Notes: generated by a model not told the origin, from the sequence alone. A DNA stretch of 64,000 bases from an uncultured archaeon (GCA_964632315.1 CAZWEM010000005.1:1-64000), one strand, 5' to 3'; positions 21,850-32,502 are shown, counted from the first letter of the stretch. Numbers and translations are program-made.

Positions 21850-22295
21850 TTTAGTGTTTTGCGAAGCTCATTCTTTGTTCCGCATTCTTTATTCTTTTAT
21901 CTCCTTTTTATTTTGAAGGAACGGAGTTGATTCGGTTCGTTCCCCATATATTATTTGAAAAGATCCAAATCTTTCCTTAGGACATTTGACTGTAGTTCCA
22001 CTCCGTCCTGGTACAAACTGTAATTGAAGTCTATATTGTAAAAGACTATTGGGGACTCCTTAAAATTGCTCAACAATACATATATGCAGGTAATACCGAG
22101 ATTAATTCGTTGATGGATTCATATCGTAAAATCCTTAAAACAAAAAAATATAATTTTGCCTATACTTAAACCTATTTTAGGTTTTTACTTAGCATTTGAT
22201 AGTTTAAAGTTGCCCATATTTATGTCAAAAGTAATATATAAGATTATTCATAGTCTCTTACTTAAAAATATCAAAACTAAAATTAGTGGTTAAAA

Positions 22296-23114
22296 ATATC
22301 AGGATATATTGGGAAAAAAATTAGATTAGAGAGAATAATAAATAGAGAAACCAGAAAGACTATTATCGTTCCAATGGACCATGGATTAAGCGTAGGACCT
22401 ATAAAGGGAATCGATAAAAATGTAGGCGAGATGGTAAATAAGATCGCTTTAGGAGGTGCCAATGCGGTTTTGGGCCATATAGGTATCCCTTTATATGCGC
22501 ATCGTGGCTATGGTCCAGACATAGGATTAATTTTACATCTTTCAGGATCGACATCCATTAGCCCAGAATCAAATTACAAAGTTTTGGTTAATACCGTCCT
22601 TGAAGCAGTCAAACTTGGAGCTGACGGAGTATCTTTACATATTAATCTTGGGACAAAATCAGATCCAGAAATGCTTAAAATATTAGGAGAAGTATCAAGA
22701 GAATGCAGATATTACGGAATGCCTTTATTAGCAATGATGTATCCTAGAGGAGAAAATGTTGAAAATGAATATGATGTCGAACTGGTAAAGATTGCTGCTA
22801 GAGTAGCTTCTGAGTTAGGGGCAGACCTTGTGAAAACCAATTGGACTGGTTCTCCTGATAGCTTTAAAAAGGTAGTAGAGGGATGCATGGCTCCTGTAAT
22901 TATAGCTGGTGGCGAAAAGGTAGGAATGAGAGAGATTTTAGAGATTACAAAGCAATCAATAGATGTTGGAGGTGCTGGAGTAGCTTTTGGGAGAAATATT
23001 TTTCAATCATCTGATCCAACTAATCTTTTAAAAGCACTTACGTTAATTGTTCACAAGAACTACGAAATTGAAGAAGCGATAAAGGAAGTAAATTTAAAAA
23101 TAGAGCTTCCATAA
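22296..23114 (+). CDS. 2-amino-3,7-dideoxy-D-threo-hept-6-ulosonate synthase / DhnA-type class I aldolase
   Basis: GKKIRLERI...IIVPMDHG, LAMMYPRG, ASELGADLVKT, IAGG, GRNIFQ; the conserved N-terminus lies upstream of the first ATG (22374), so the start is uncertain. Confidence 0.88.
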   Translation: MSGYIGKKIRLERIINRETRKTIIVPMDHGLSVGPIKGIDKNVGEMVNKIALGGANAVLGHIGIPLYAHRGYGPDIGLILHLSGSTSISPESNYKVLVNTVLEAVKLGADGVSLHINLGTKSDPEMLKILGEVSRECRYYGMPLLAMMYPRGENVENEYDVELVKIAARVASELGADLVKTNWTGSPDSFKKVVEGCMAPVIIAGGEKVGMREILEITKQSIDVGGAGVAFGRNIFQSSDPTNLLKALTLIVHKNYEIEEAIKEVNLKIELP

Positions 23115-23170
23115 AACCAAATGTACTTTACAGTAATAATTCCCACCTTATAGATTGAAAAAAATAAATA

Positions 23171-25162
23171 TTAAAATTTAAATTGGTCTTTCATTTCTTC
23201 GTAGATGTCAAGGGAATCTGGATTTCTTAAGGCACCTCGATTTGCTACCGACATCCCTCTCAAAATCTTGGTGACAGCAATTTCTACCTTTTTACCCGAA
23301 AATGTATAAGGAATCCCTTCTTCAGGCACTTTTATAACCTTGGCAGGAACATGTCTAGGAGAAGTCTTTGATCTAATTGTTTTTTTGATTTTATCAATGA
23401 GTTCATCATTTAATTTATTACCCTCTGTAAGTTGAACAAATAAAATGATACTTACATTCCCTTGTTCATCAGGAAGTCCTACTGCTAAACTATCTGCTAC
23501 TTCTGGGATTTGCTCGACCACGTTATAAATTTCAGAAGTTCCTATTCGAACCCCAGATGGTTTTAATGTCGCGTCTGATCGCCCCCAGAAAGTAATTCCT
23601 CCTGTATCACTATGCTCTACGATCCAATCTCCATGCCGCCACACGTTAATTCCTTGGTCTTCATAAAATTCAAAATAGGCTTTCTTGTATTTTGTCATGT
23701 TATCATCATCTCCCCAAAAGTATATAGGCATTGAGGGAGAAGGAGCTTCACAAACAAGTTCTGCTTGAACATCCTTAATAGGTTTCCCCATCTCATCATA
23801 AGCTTGTATTTTCATTCCTAAAGCTTTTCCTTGCAATTCTCCGGAATAAACAGGTTGTATCGGGAGAGCTCCTGCAAAACAACCATTTATATCAGTTCCA
23901 CCCGAAATAGAATTGAAATAGAGATCCTTCTTTATTGCGTTAAAAACCCATTCAAATCCTTCAGGACTTAAAGTACTTGCAGTTTGAGAGATTTCCCTCA
24001 AAGAAGATAAGTCATATTCTTCTTTTGGTTTTAAACCTTGGCCCATTAAATAGTGTAAATAAGTTGCGGAAACTCCGAAAACGGTTACTCTGTATTTCTC
24101 TATTAATTCAAACATTCGAAGCGGTTCTGGATACAATGGATTACCATCATACAAGAAGATAGTAGCACCTACAGCAAGAGAACTTATTAACCAGTTCCAC
24201 ATCATCCAAGAAGGAGCAGTTATATAATTGATCACGTCACTTCTTTTCAGGTCTGTAAATAAGATTAATTCTTTAAGATGATTGATTAGTACTCCTCCAG
24301 CACTCTGAACCATACATTTGGGTTTTCCAGTAGTTCCTGAAGAAAACATTATGTAAATTGGATGATCAAATGGCAATTGAAGATAGCTAGGTTGAACTTC
24401 TTCTTGTGAAATAAAATCGTCCCAATGTACGGCATTTGGAATACTTGATATATTTGGTTTACCTTCTGACACATATGAAACAACAATTACTTTTTCAATT
24501 GAAGGTATAGCTTCCACAACTTTCTTGGCATTTTGGATAGTTTCAAAAACCTTATCTCTGTAGAAGTACCCATCTACAGTGAAAAGTATTTTTGGCTGAA
24601 TTTGTCCAAATCGATCGATGACAGCACTTGGCTGAAGTTCCGCGCCACAAGAAGCCCAAATTGCTCCGATACTTGCAACCGCAAGCATGGCAATGGGTGT
24701 TTCTATCATATTTGGAATATAGGAAACTACTCGATCCCCTTTTTTTACTCCCATATCACTAAGAGATTTAGCTAATCGAGCTACAGTTTTCGTAAGTTCT
24801 GCATAAGTAATCTTCTTTTCAACTTTCATTTCACCTTGAAATATAAATGCTAGTTGATCATCATTATATTTGAGTAGATTTTCAGCAAAATTCAGTTCTG
24901 CTCCAGGGAACCATTTTGTTCCTGGAAATTCGTGTATATCCTCAACGACAGAATTATAATTTTTAGATGCAATTATATCAGTAAACTCCCACATTGCTGC
25001 CCAAAAGTCCTCAATGTTGTGCACTGAAAACTCATATAAATCACGTGCATTTCCAATCTTTTGTCCATAATTTCTATTTACAAGCTCTATAAATTTGGTA
25101 ACCTCAGCATTTTTTATCCAATGTTTTGAAGGTTCCCATAATTTTTTTCTAGATTCAGAGAT
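23171..25162 (-). CDS. Acetoacetate-CoA ligase
   Basis: LWEPS, WFPGAELNFAENLL, IMFSSGTTGKPK, SISGGTD, WRHGD, GRSDATLKPSGVRIG, SGKKVE; start inferred at ATC 25162 after GAGGAG. Confidence 0.92.
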   Translation of the reverse strand: MSESRKKLWEPSKHWIKNAEVTKFIELVNRNYGQKIGNARDLYEFSVHNIEDFWAAMWEFTDIIASKNYNSVVEDIHEFPGTKWFPGAELNFAENLLKYNDDQLAFIFQGEMKVEKKITYAELTKTVARLAKSLSDMGVKKGDRVVSYIPNMIETPIAMLAVASIGAIWASCGAELQPSAVIDRFGQIQPKILFTVDGYFYRDKVFETIQNAKKVVEAIPSIEKVIVVSYVSEGKPNISSIPNAVHWDDFISQEEVQPSYLQLPFDHPIYIMFSSGTTGKPKCMVQSAGGVLINHLKELILFTDLKRSDVINYITAPSWMMWNWLISSLAVGATIFLYDGNPLYPEPLRMFELIEKYRVTVFGVSATYLHYLMGQGLKPKEEYDLSSLREISQTASTLSPEGFEWVFNAIKKDLYFNSISGGTDINGCFAGALPIQPVYSGELQGKALGMKIQAYDEMGKPIKDVQAELVCEAPSPSMPIYFWGDDDNMTKYKKAYFEFYEDQGINVWRHGDWIVEHSDTGGITFWGRSDATLKPSGVRIGTSEIYNVVEQIPEVADSLAVGLPDEQGNVSIILFVQLTEGNKLNDELIDKIKKTIRSKTSPRHVPAKVIKVPEEGIPYTFSGKKVEIAVTKILRGMSVANRGALRNPDSLDIYEEMKDQFKF

Positions 25163-25473
25163 AATTAACTCCTCTTTTATTTTAGTTATTTTATTTTAGT
25201 AAGTTCGGATAAATTTTAAAATTAAATATTTTCATCTTAGATTTTTGTCTAATTTAATTTTTTTTCTAAAATTATTGATTAGAAATCTCTATTAAGTTTA
25301 AGTAAATGATCGTTTCTGTTTATAGCGATTTTAAAATTTTTATTTGATAACTCTATTTATCCAAATAACAAAAAAGTTAGTCATAATCAATACTAATATG
25401 ATTTGGATATCAATTAATAACTATGATTTATTTATATTATATAGGAAGGTAATTTTAGGAGAGATTGAGAAAA

Positions 25474-26475
25474 ATGGAAATGAAAATATTAAAAGAAGGG
25501 ACAGGAGAAATTTTTTGTAAGAATACCCCTTCAGAGGTTCGTAATTGGACAAGAGAAAGTAAACCAAGAGCATTAAAAGATAAGCGCATGAGAATCAAAG
25601 ACGCAGTTAAGAAATATATCTCTGATGGAGATTATTTAGCTATTGGAGGCTTTGGACATATTCGGATCCCTATGGCAATTATATATGAAATTGTTCGTCA
25701 ACGGATAAAAAATCTTTCCGTGGCAGGTCATACTGCAGTCCAAGATATAGATGTATTAATGGCAGGAGGGTGTGTTTCAGCGGTTGATATTGCTTATGTT
25801 GTTGGATTTGAGTTGAGAGGACTGTCTGGAGTTCAGAGAAGGCTTTTTGAAAGTGGTCAAGTAAAAAAAACAGATTATACTAATGGAGCTATGTCCTATA
25901 GATTAAGAGCAGGAGCTCAAGGAATTCCATTCATTCCAGTTAAAGTAATGCTCGGTACCGATACAATGATGCATTCTCCCGGAAAAGTTGTGAAATGTCC
26001 TTTTACGGGAGAGAAAGTTTTATTATTACCCTCATTAAATCCTGATGTTTGCATTTTACATGCTCATCGAGCAGATATGTATGGTAATGTTCAAATCGAT
26101 GGTCACATTGTAAAGGATGATTTACAAGCAAGAGCATCTAAGAGAGTAATCGTAACTTGCGAGGAGCTCGTTAGCACAGATAAGATCAGAGCAGAACCGG
26201 GAAGAACTGTCATTCCTTTCTTTATGGTTGATGCTGTTATCGAGCAACCATGGGGATCTCATCCTGGAAATATGCCCTATAAGTATTATTTTGATCATGA
26301 ATTTACTGAAAATTATTTAAGTGTAGGAAGAGAGGAAAATCCTAAAGCAATGGAAGCTTGGTTAGATGATTGGGTGTATAACCTTGAAGATTATGATGAC
26401 TATTTAACAAAACTTGGTGCTAAAAGGCTATATAATCTCAGAGATCTTGAATTTTTAAGACCACCAGTGAGGTGA
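25474..26475 (+). CDS. Family I CoA-transferase subunit A (glutaconate/3-oxoadipate type)
   Basis: ISDGDYLAIGGF, RAGAQGIPF, PDVCILHAHRADMYGN, PWGSHP. Confidence 0.9.
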   Translation: MEMKILKEGTGEIFCKNTPSEVRNWTRESKPRALKDKRMRIKDAVKKYISDGDYLAIGGFGHIRIPMAIIYEIVRQRIKNLSVAGHTAVQDIDVLMAGGCVSAVDIAYVVGFELRGLSGVQRRLFESGQVKKTDYTNGAMSYRLRAGAQGIPFIPVKVMLGTDTMMHSPGKVVKCPFTGEKVLLLPSLNPDVCILHAHRADMYGNVQIDGHIVKDDLQARASKRVIVTCEELVSTDKIRAEPGRTVIPFFMVDAVIEQPWGSHPGNMPYKYYFDHEFTENYLSVGREENPKAMEAWLDDWVYNLEDYDDYLTKLGAKRLYNLRDLEFLRPPVR

Positions 26476-26484
26476 TTATAACGA

Positions 26485-27264
26485 ATGGAACATAAAAGTT
26501 ATACATTAAGAGAATTAATGGCAGTAAATGCCGCAAGACAATTAGAGGATGGAAAATCAGTAGCTGTAGGGACTGGATTGCCGTTAATAGCTGCTATGTT
26601 AGCTCAACAGACCCACGCACCTAATTTGGTGATTTTTTTTGAAGCTGGAGGGATAGCACCTCAATTACCAATTCTACCAATTTCAGTAGGAGATTCTAGA
26701 ACAATTCATAGGGCATTATGTACTACCACCTTAATTGATATCATGGATAATATGCGGAGAGGATTTATTGATTATGCTTTTTTAGGAGGAGCTCAAATAG
26801 ATAAATTTGGAAATTTAAATTCTACTATGATTGGAAATGATTATGAAAGACCAAAAGTACGTTTTCCAGGTTCTGGAGGAGCAAATGACTTTGGATCACT
26901 TGCGTGGGAGACTTTAATTATTATGGATCGTCATAGCCCGAGACGTTTTGTAGAAAAAGTTGATTTCGTCACTACTCCAGGATATTTATACGGACCAGGT
27001 GCTCGAGAAGAAGAAGGATTGTCAGAAAATACAGGCCCTTCAAAAGTGATTACAGATCTAAGCTTATTGGATTTCGAACCTAAAAGTAAGCGAATGAGGC
27101 TAATCGCAACCCATCCAGGGATAAGTGTTGACGATGTTATTAAAGCTACGGGATTTGAACTGATAATTGCGGATGAAGTAGGTACTACTACTCCACCTAC
27201 CGCAGAAGAAATACAGATTTTACATGAAGTAATAGATCCTCAAGGATTTGTCTTTAAGAAGTAA
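26485..27264 (+). CDS. Family I CoA-transferase subunit B
   Basis: VGTGLP, FEAG (catalytic Glu), LGGAQIDKFGNLN, PGSGGAND. Confidence 0.92.
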   Translation: MEHKSYTLRELMAVNAARQLEDGKSVAVGTGLPLIAAMLAQQTHAPNLVIFFEAGGIAPQLPILPISVGDSRTIHRALCTTTLIDIMDNMRRGFIDYAFLGGAQIDKFGNLNSTMIGNDYERPKVRFPGSGGANDFGSLAWETLIIMDRHSPRRFVEKVDFVTTPGYLYGPGAREEEGLSENTGPSKVITDLSLLDFEPKSKRMRLIATHPGISVDDVIKATGFELIIADEVGTTTPPTAEEIQILHEVIDPQGFVFKK

Positions 27265-27381
27265 ATCCTTTATTTTATTCTAATTCATTCATAGTATTTT
27301 TAAAAGTAAAAAGCATATATTCAAAATTAATATATAATTAAGATTTAATTTAATCAATCAGTTGTTAAAAGAGTCCTTATT

Positions 27382-28212
27382 TTGAGTTATATAGAAAAAG
27401 AATACAATATAATTAAAAAGACTAAGAACCCAAATACTATAGCATCTCTTAAAAAAGATTTAGAAGTTTTAGGATTAAAAAAAGGAGATATCGTCATAGT
27501 TCACAGTTCTTTAAGTAAAATAGGATGGTCTGTCGGAGGTCCTGTGGCTGTGATTGATGCCTTAATTGATATTGTCACTTCAAAGGGAACTATTGTTATG
27601 CCTACTTTTACTACAGGAAACACTGAGCCTTCTGGATGGGAGTATCCCCCTGTTCCTAAGGAATGGTGGCCAGATATTAGGAAGTATACCCCAGCTTTCC
27701 ATCCAGACAAAATTCCAACAAGGGGAATGGGAACGATTCCTGAAACATTTAGGAAGTATCCAAATGTTATAAGGAGCAATCACCCTACGACTTCTTTTGC
27801 GGCATGGGGAAAGAAAGCTAAATTTATTATAAAAAACCATCCATTAGAAAATGATCTTGGGATAGAATCTCCTATAGGAAAAATCTACAAAATTTCAGGT
27901 AAAATTTTATTATTGGGAGTCCCACATATGAACAATTCCTCATTACATTTAGCAGAATATTTATGCGAGTATCCAGGAAAATGTTACATGCAAATGGCTT
28001 CAGTAATATATAAGAATAAAAAGAGGAAATGGATCACATGGAAAGAATTAGATAACTATAGCGATGATTTTGATGACCTTGGAAGAGATTATGAAAATTC
28101 GATCAATTATCACTCAAAAAAGGTAGGACATGCAGACTCTCGTTTATTGTCTCAACATGAAATGATTGATTTTGCCATGGAGTGGATGGTAAAAAATAGA
28201 AGAGCAGAATAG
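27382..28212 (+). CDS. AAC(3)/YokD-family N-acetyltransferase
   Basis: VIVHSSLSKIG, GTIVMPTF, RSNHP..SFAAWG, NSSLHLAE. Confidence 0.92.
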   Translation: MSYIEKEYNIIKKTKNPNTIASLKKDLEVLGLKKGDIVIVHSSLSKIGWSVGGPVAVIDALIDIVTSKGTIVMPTFTTGNTEPSGWEYPPVPKEWWPDIRKYTPAFHPDKIPTRGMGTIPETFRKYPNVIRSNHPTTSFAAWGKKAKFIIKNHPLENDLGIESPIGKIYKISGKILLLGVPHMNNSSLHLAEYLCEYPGKCYMQMASVIYKNKKRKWITWKELDNYSDDFDDLGRDYENSINYHSKKVGHADSRLLSQHEMIDFAMEWMVKNRRAE

Positions 28213-28266
28213 AAGAGCTAATTCTCCTAAATCTTCAGATCTAGCAACTTCCTAATACTAAGCATG

Positions 28267-28677
28267 TTATTTTTTATCATTGTTAAAAGTTAAATCTTTT
28301 TCTAATAATTTGAGAGATTCGTATACCATTATGATCAACACAATCAATATAATTCCAAGTATAACGACAAGATTATTAAAAAAGCCCCCAACGAGTGTTA
28401 GAAGCCAGAGAGTTAAGATGAGACTAGTAATTATTAAGCTATTTTTTAATAATATATAATTTATCGTGAAGCTTGATTTGGAAAAATCTTTTCTTATAGA
28501 GTAAATTATGTCTTTAGAATTTCGAATTTGAGAATTTACCCCATTATCTATTTCTAACAGCTTTTTGTGATTACTTAGTACATATTCTTTTTCTACTTTA
28601 TTTTTAATTCGATCATAATTTTGAGGATAATATTCTTCAAGTAAATTTTTACTAATGCTCATTTTCAACACCTCCAT
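28267..28677 (-). CDS. Hypothetical 2-TM membrane protein
   Basis: ORF with C-terminal hydrophobic hairpin; GGAGGT in 5' region. Confidence 0.55.
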   Translation of the reverse strand: MEVLKMSISKNLLEEYYPQNYDRIKNKVEKEYVLSNHKKLLEIDNGVNSQIRNSKDIIYSIRKDFSKSSFTINYILLKNSLIITSLILTLWLLTLVGGFFNNLVVILGIILIVLIIMVYESLKLLEKDLTFNNDKK

Positions 28678-28697
28678 TCTCTATTTAGCTAAATCTG

Positions 28698-29051
28698 CTA
28701 TATCCAATCATTATTTTCATTATAATTTGGATCTTGGTTAATTGATTTAGATGGATTAACATCTGCACTATCAATTCTTTTTTCGACAAAAGAGATCCTG
28801 ATTATCAAAATAAAATGCCATACAATCATTAAGATGTCAATTAAAATTGTAGTATGAGAGATTGAACCACTAAAAATCGCTAAAATTGTACTCAAGATTA
28901 AGATTCCCATAATAATAGAAGTTGTAGTTAAAATTTGGTAAGAATACTTAGATCTTGTTTTAAAATTGCTTTGAGATTCTATTTTCGAGAGATCATCATT
29001 AATTTCCTTATTATGAGTTTCTTCTAAATAATTCATTTTATTATCACTCAT
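28698..29051 (-). CDS. Hypothetical 2-TM membrane protein
   Basis: ORF with central hydrophobic hairpin; tandem with the 28267 gene. Confidence 0.55.
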   Translation of the reverse strand: MSDNKMNYLEETHNKEINDDLSKIESQSNFKTRSKYSYQILTTTSIIMGILILSTILAIFSGSISHTTILIDILMIVWHFILIIRISFVEKRIDSADVNPSKSINQDPNYNENNDWI

Positions 29052-29347
29052 GGTATTTTTTTAGTCTTGCCTAGTTTTCGTTAAGCAGACCTAACCACAA
29101 TACAAAATAATATCTTCCTATATAAATCTATCGATCAAATTTATGTATTCATAGTAAACCCTATTTAACATTGTATCTAAGGAGTTTAAAACATAAAAAT
29201 TTAAAATAATAACTTACTCAAGGAATTTAAGGTTTATCTTCAGATTTTATTATATAAAAATTTTTCATAGCATAATTTTAGGGAAGGATTTAAATAGATA
29301 GTTAAGTTTATTTGTCATAAGGATATATTTTTAATGGAGGGAAAATC

Positions 29348-30169
29348 GTGAGTATAGAAAAAGATGCATTTGAAGGAAAAATTTCAAGAGCGTATGTAAA
29401 AAAAGAAATCTTGAAGAATAATATCGGATTAATTGGGTTTATGTTAATTTTAGAGATTACCTACATTATTCTATATTTCATTGATCCGTATTTTGGAATT
29501 GATTGGCTTATAAGTTTAACGAATTTAACTGTAATATTGCCCTATGTTGCGATCGCATTAATTTCTGCGTGGTTTTTTTCTGCATATGTTAAAAATTTCT
29601 CATATATTGCAGAGGAAAATGAGATAATCATCAATCATGGTGTTTTCACAAAGACTAGGGGAACTATTCCTTATAAAAGAATCCAAAATATCAATATAGT
29701 TAATGGCGTATTTGATAGAATGTTTAAGACATATACAGTTAAAATAGAAACTGCAGGCCATAGTCCTGTATCTACTGGAAAATCAAGAGGTATTGCACCT
29801 GAAGGATATATACCAGGATTAAAAGATCCATATATAATCGAAAATAAAATTATGGAAATGATCACAAGAATCACATCTGGTACGGGGGCTTTCGAGGAGA
29901 AAATTTTCAAGCCTGAAGAGTTAGCATTTGATAATTTTATTAGCTATATTCTTTCCAAAATGCGGGAAGGTGAGATGTTAAAAACATCAATTAAAACTTT
30001 GAGAGAAAGTATGGGATTCACTGCTTCTCAACTTGCTGAGAAGGTTGATGTACCAATCCAGACTATAAAGTATTTAGAAGAAGGTCGTTATAGTCCAAGT
30101 TTACTTCTTGCATACAAAATTGCGGAAGTTTTAAAATGTAAGGTAGAGGATTTGTTTGAATTAGCATAG
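29348..30169 (+). CDS. Membrane bacterial-PH (bPH_2) domain protein fused to C-terminal XRE HTH
   Basis: 2 TMs; GVFTK....IPYKRIQNI...FDRMF....KIETAG; then IKTLRE...QLAEKV...YLEEGRYSPSL. Confidence 0.8.
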   Translation: MSIEKDAFEGKISRAYVKKEILKNNIGLIGFMLILEITYIILYFIDPYFGIDWLISLTNLTVILPYVAIALISAWFFSAYVKNFSYIAEENEIIINHGVFTKTRGTIPYKRIQNINIVNGVFDRMFKTYTVKIETAGHSPVSTGKSRGIAPEGYIPGLKDPYIIENKIMEMITRITSGTGAFEEKIFKPEELAFDNFISYILSKMREGEMLKTSIKTLRESMGFTASQLAEKVDVPIQTIKYLEEGRYSPSLLLAYKIAEVLKCKVEDLFELA

Positions 30170-30235
30170 AAGTTTTTAAATCGAGATGCTATAATAATTT
30201 ATGTTTCATTTGGTGAGGAATGCCTGAGATTTAAG

Positions 30236-30628
30236 ATGACAATTAAGTCAAGAATTAAAGAAATTCGAGAAGAGTTAGGGATGACTCAAATTGAATTGGC
30301 AGACCAAGTTGGAGTTTCTCGTCAAACAATTTACTTTTTAGAGAAAGGGACATATAATCCTTCCTTAACTGTTTCTTTTAAGATTAGTGAAGTGTTAGAT
30401 AAACCTTTAAATGAAATTTTTTACCAAGTCCCCATCATAAAAGACTTCATTGAAGAACAATCTTTAAAAGATTTAAAGAGTTTAGCAAGCAAAATAAATA
30501 GAGATTATGAAGTAATAACTCATTTAAGTGAAAAAAGCGATGAAGATTTATCTAAAGAATTTACAAAGGAGGATTTAAATATAATAAGTGAATTTTTAGG
30601 GGAAGCATTTGATTCATTTTTTGAATAA
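30236..30628 (+). CDS. XRE-family transcriptional regulator
   Basis: IKEIREELGMTQIELADQVGVSRQTI..LEKGTYNPSL. Confidence 0.92.
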   Translation: MTIKSRIKEIREELGMTQIELADQVGVSRQTIYFLEKGTYNPSLTVSFKISEVLDKPLNEIFYQVPIIKDFIEEQSLKDLKSLASKINRDYEVITHLSEKSDEDLSKEFTKEDLNIISEFLGEAFDSFFE

Positions 30629-30724
30629 AACTCATTATTTTGACAAACACATTTATTCCTTAAATTTATAATTAGGACCGAATGGAAATTGCAAATAAGG
30701 AAAAATGAGTATAAAACTCTGAAT

Positions 30725-32218
30725 TTATAATTTCAAATTTTTTTGCTTAAATGCCACATATTCACAGATTCTTGCTAAAGCATTAACAGGCCGATCCCAA
30801 AATTTAAAAAGAATAGCCCCATTCTTTCGAATACGCAAAGACCAAGGACTATCATATCTCATGGGACTTACGTAAATAATAGGAATAGAATATTTCATAG
30901 AATTTTGTAAAGTAGGTTGTAGCAATTTAGAAGCTAACTTGTCTTGGTCTTCATTCGAAAATGATGGAAAATCTGCATATTTAGCAATTGTATCATTCTT
31001 TAAGTAATCATCCATTACATCCTGAAATCCAACGACTCCATACTGGATAATCGCATCAACTTCTCCAGATTTCATGAGTAATTCTGGTAAAGAAATGTAG
31101 AAGTAGGGTAAATTCATATCAAAAGTACAATCAATCGGATTTTTGTAGCTAGCAGTCGACGGTAAGATTTTTTTAAGCTGTTCTTGAAGATCGATTGAGA
31201 ATTCAGGAACTAATATTCCATTTTTTTCTGCATTATTTGCAATCATTGCCCCAGGACCTCCTGAATTTGTTATGATGCCAAGTCGATTACCTTTGGGAAG
31301 AATTCCTTTTGATAAAATGAATGCCACATCTAAAAATTCTTGAACATAATCCGTTTTAATTATACCAACTTCTTTAAAGACTGCATCGTAAATCCTTGAG
31401 TCTCCTGCTAAAGATCCAGTATGACTTTGTAAGGCACGATTGCCCGCTTCTGAACCTCCTACATATATAGCGATGATTGGTTTAGTAAGACTAACATTTT
31501 TAGCAAGTTCTACGAATTTCTTACCTCTTTTTAATTCTTCAATGTATAAACCAATAACTTTTGTATCTGGATCGTCTTTATAATATTCTAAACAATCTAT
31601 AATATCAATATTCGCTTCATTTCCTATTGAGAGGCTCTTACATAATCCTAAATCAGTATCTTCTGGAGCAAACCAAATGTGAGAACTTAAAGTCCCAGAT
31701 TGGGAGGCAATCGAAAAATTCCCCTTTCTAATATGCTCCCATATTGCAATATTAAACGCACTCTCTGGATTATCTGGTTCAAAGTAATTATTAAAAACAC
31801 CCAAACAATTAGGACCTATAAACTTCATTCCATATTGATCAGTTATCTTACAAATTTCTTCAGTTAGGTCATTTTCACGATCTTCAATTAATTCTCTGAA
31901 TCCACCAGAAATTAAAATTATTTTCTTGGTGCCTTTTTCCCCAATCTCTCGAAAGATTTTTGGTACAATCTTAGCAGGAAGGACAACAACTACTAAATCA
32001 GGAATTTCTGGAACTTCTTCTATTGATTTATAGGCTTTGAAACCCATTACCGAATCCAATTTTAAATGGATTGGATAAACATTTCCTTTATAGCCAGATT
32101 TAATCAAGTTCATGATCTGAATCGAGGCTAAAGAACCTCCCTTATTATTTGCTCCGTAAAAAGCAATAGAATTAGGATTTAAAAATCCATGAAGGAAGTG
32201 GGGATCATTCATGAGCAT
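30725..32218 (-). CDS. acdA: ADP-forming acyl-CoA synthetase alpha subunit
   Basis: NPNSIAFYGA, IGPNCLG, SQSG, SIGNEA, SHTGSLAG (phospho-His), TNSGG, NPID. Confidence 0.9.
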   Translation of the reverse strand: MLMNDPHFLHGFLNPNSIAFYGANNKGGSLASIQIMNLIKSGYKGNVYPIHLKLDSVMGFKAYKSIEEVPEIPDLVVVVLPAKIVPKIFREIGEKGTKKIILISGGFRELIEDRENDLTEEICKITDQYGMKFIGPNCLGVFNNYFEPDNPESAFNIAIWEHIRKGNFSIASQSGTLSSHIWFAPEDTDLGLCKSLSIGNEANIDIIDCLEYYKDDPDTKVIGLYIEELKRGKKFVELAKNVSLTKPIIAIYVGGSEAGNRALQSHTGSLAGDSRIYDAVFKEVGIIKTDYVQEFLDVAFILSKGILPKGNRLGIITNSGGPGAMIANNAEKNGILVPEFSIDLQEQLKKILPSTASYKNPIDCTFDMNLPYFYISLPELLMKSGEVDAIIQYGVVGFQDVMDDYLKNDTIAKYADFPSFSNEDQDKLASKLLQPTLQNSMKYSIPIIYVSPMRYDSPWSLRIRKNGAILFKFWDRPVNALARICEYVAFKQKNLKL

Positions 32219-32502
32219 TCACTTACACTTTAAAACATGTGATCATTTTAAAACCTAAATGCTAAATTCTGCATTATTGTCTATTCCTATATTAGAAAAA
32301 TATCACGAATGATTTGGAGAATCAATAAGAAGTGGTAGAACTACTTTATTTTTTGAGCTAAGGGCTTGATTTTATGGTAAACTAAGGGAATGTTATGTAT
32401 CAGTGGATCTTGCTTTTTATCAATTTAATGTTCAATATATGAATGAAAATCTAGCTAAAGAATAAAATTACAAACAATTTAATTGAAGACTTAATTTTAT
32501 TT

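Noticed and set aside
27382-28212. AAC(3) gene as acquired aminoglycoside resistance
   Set aside because: YokD-like homologues are widespread, there is no mobile context, and the substrate cannot be inferred
29062-29095. Imperfect hairpin in the 5' leader of the 28698-29051 gene as a riboswitch or SECIS
   Set aside because: Short, imperfect and matches no motif I can support
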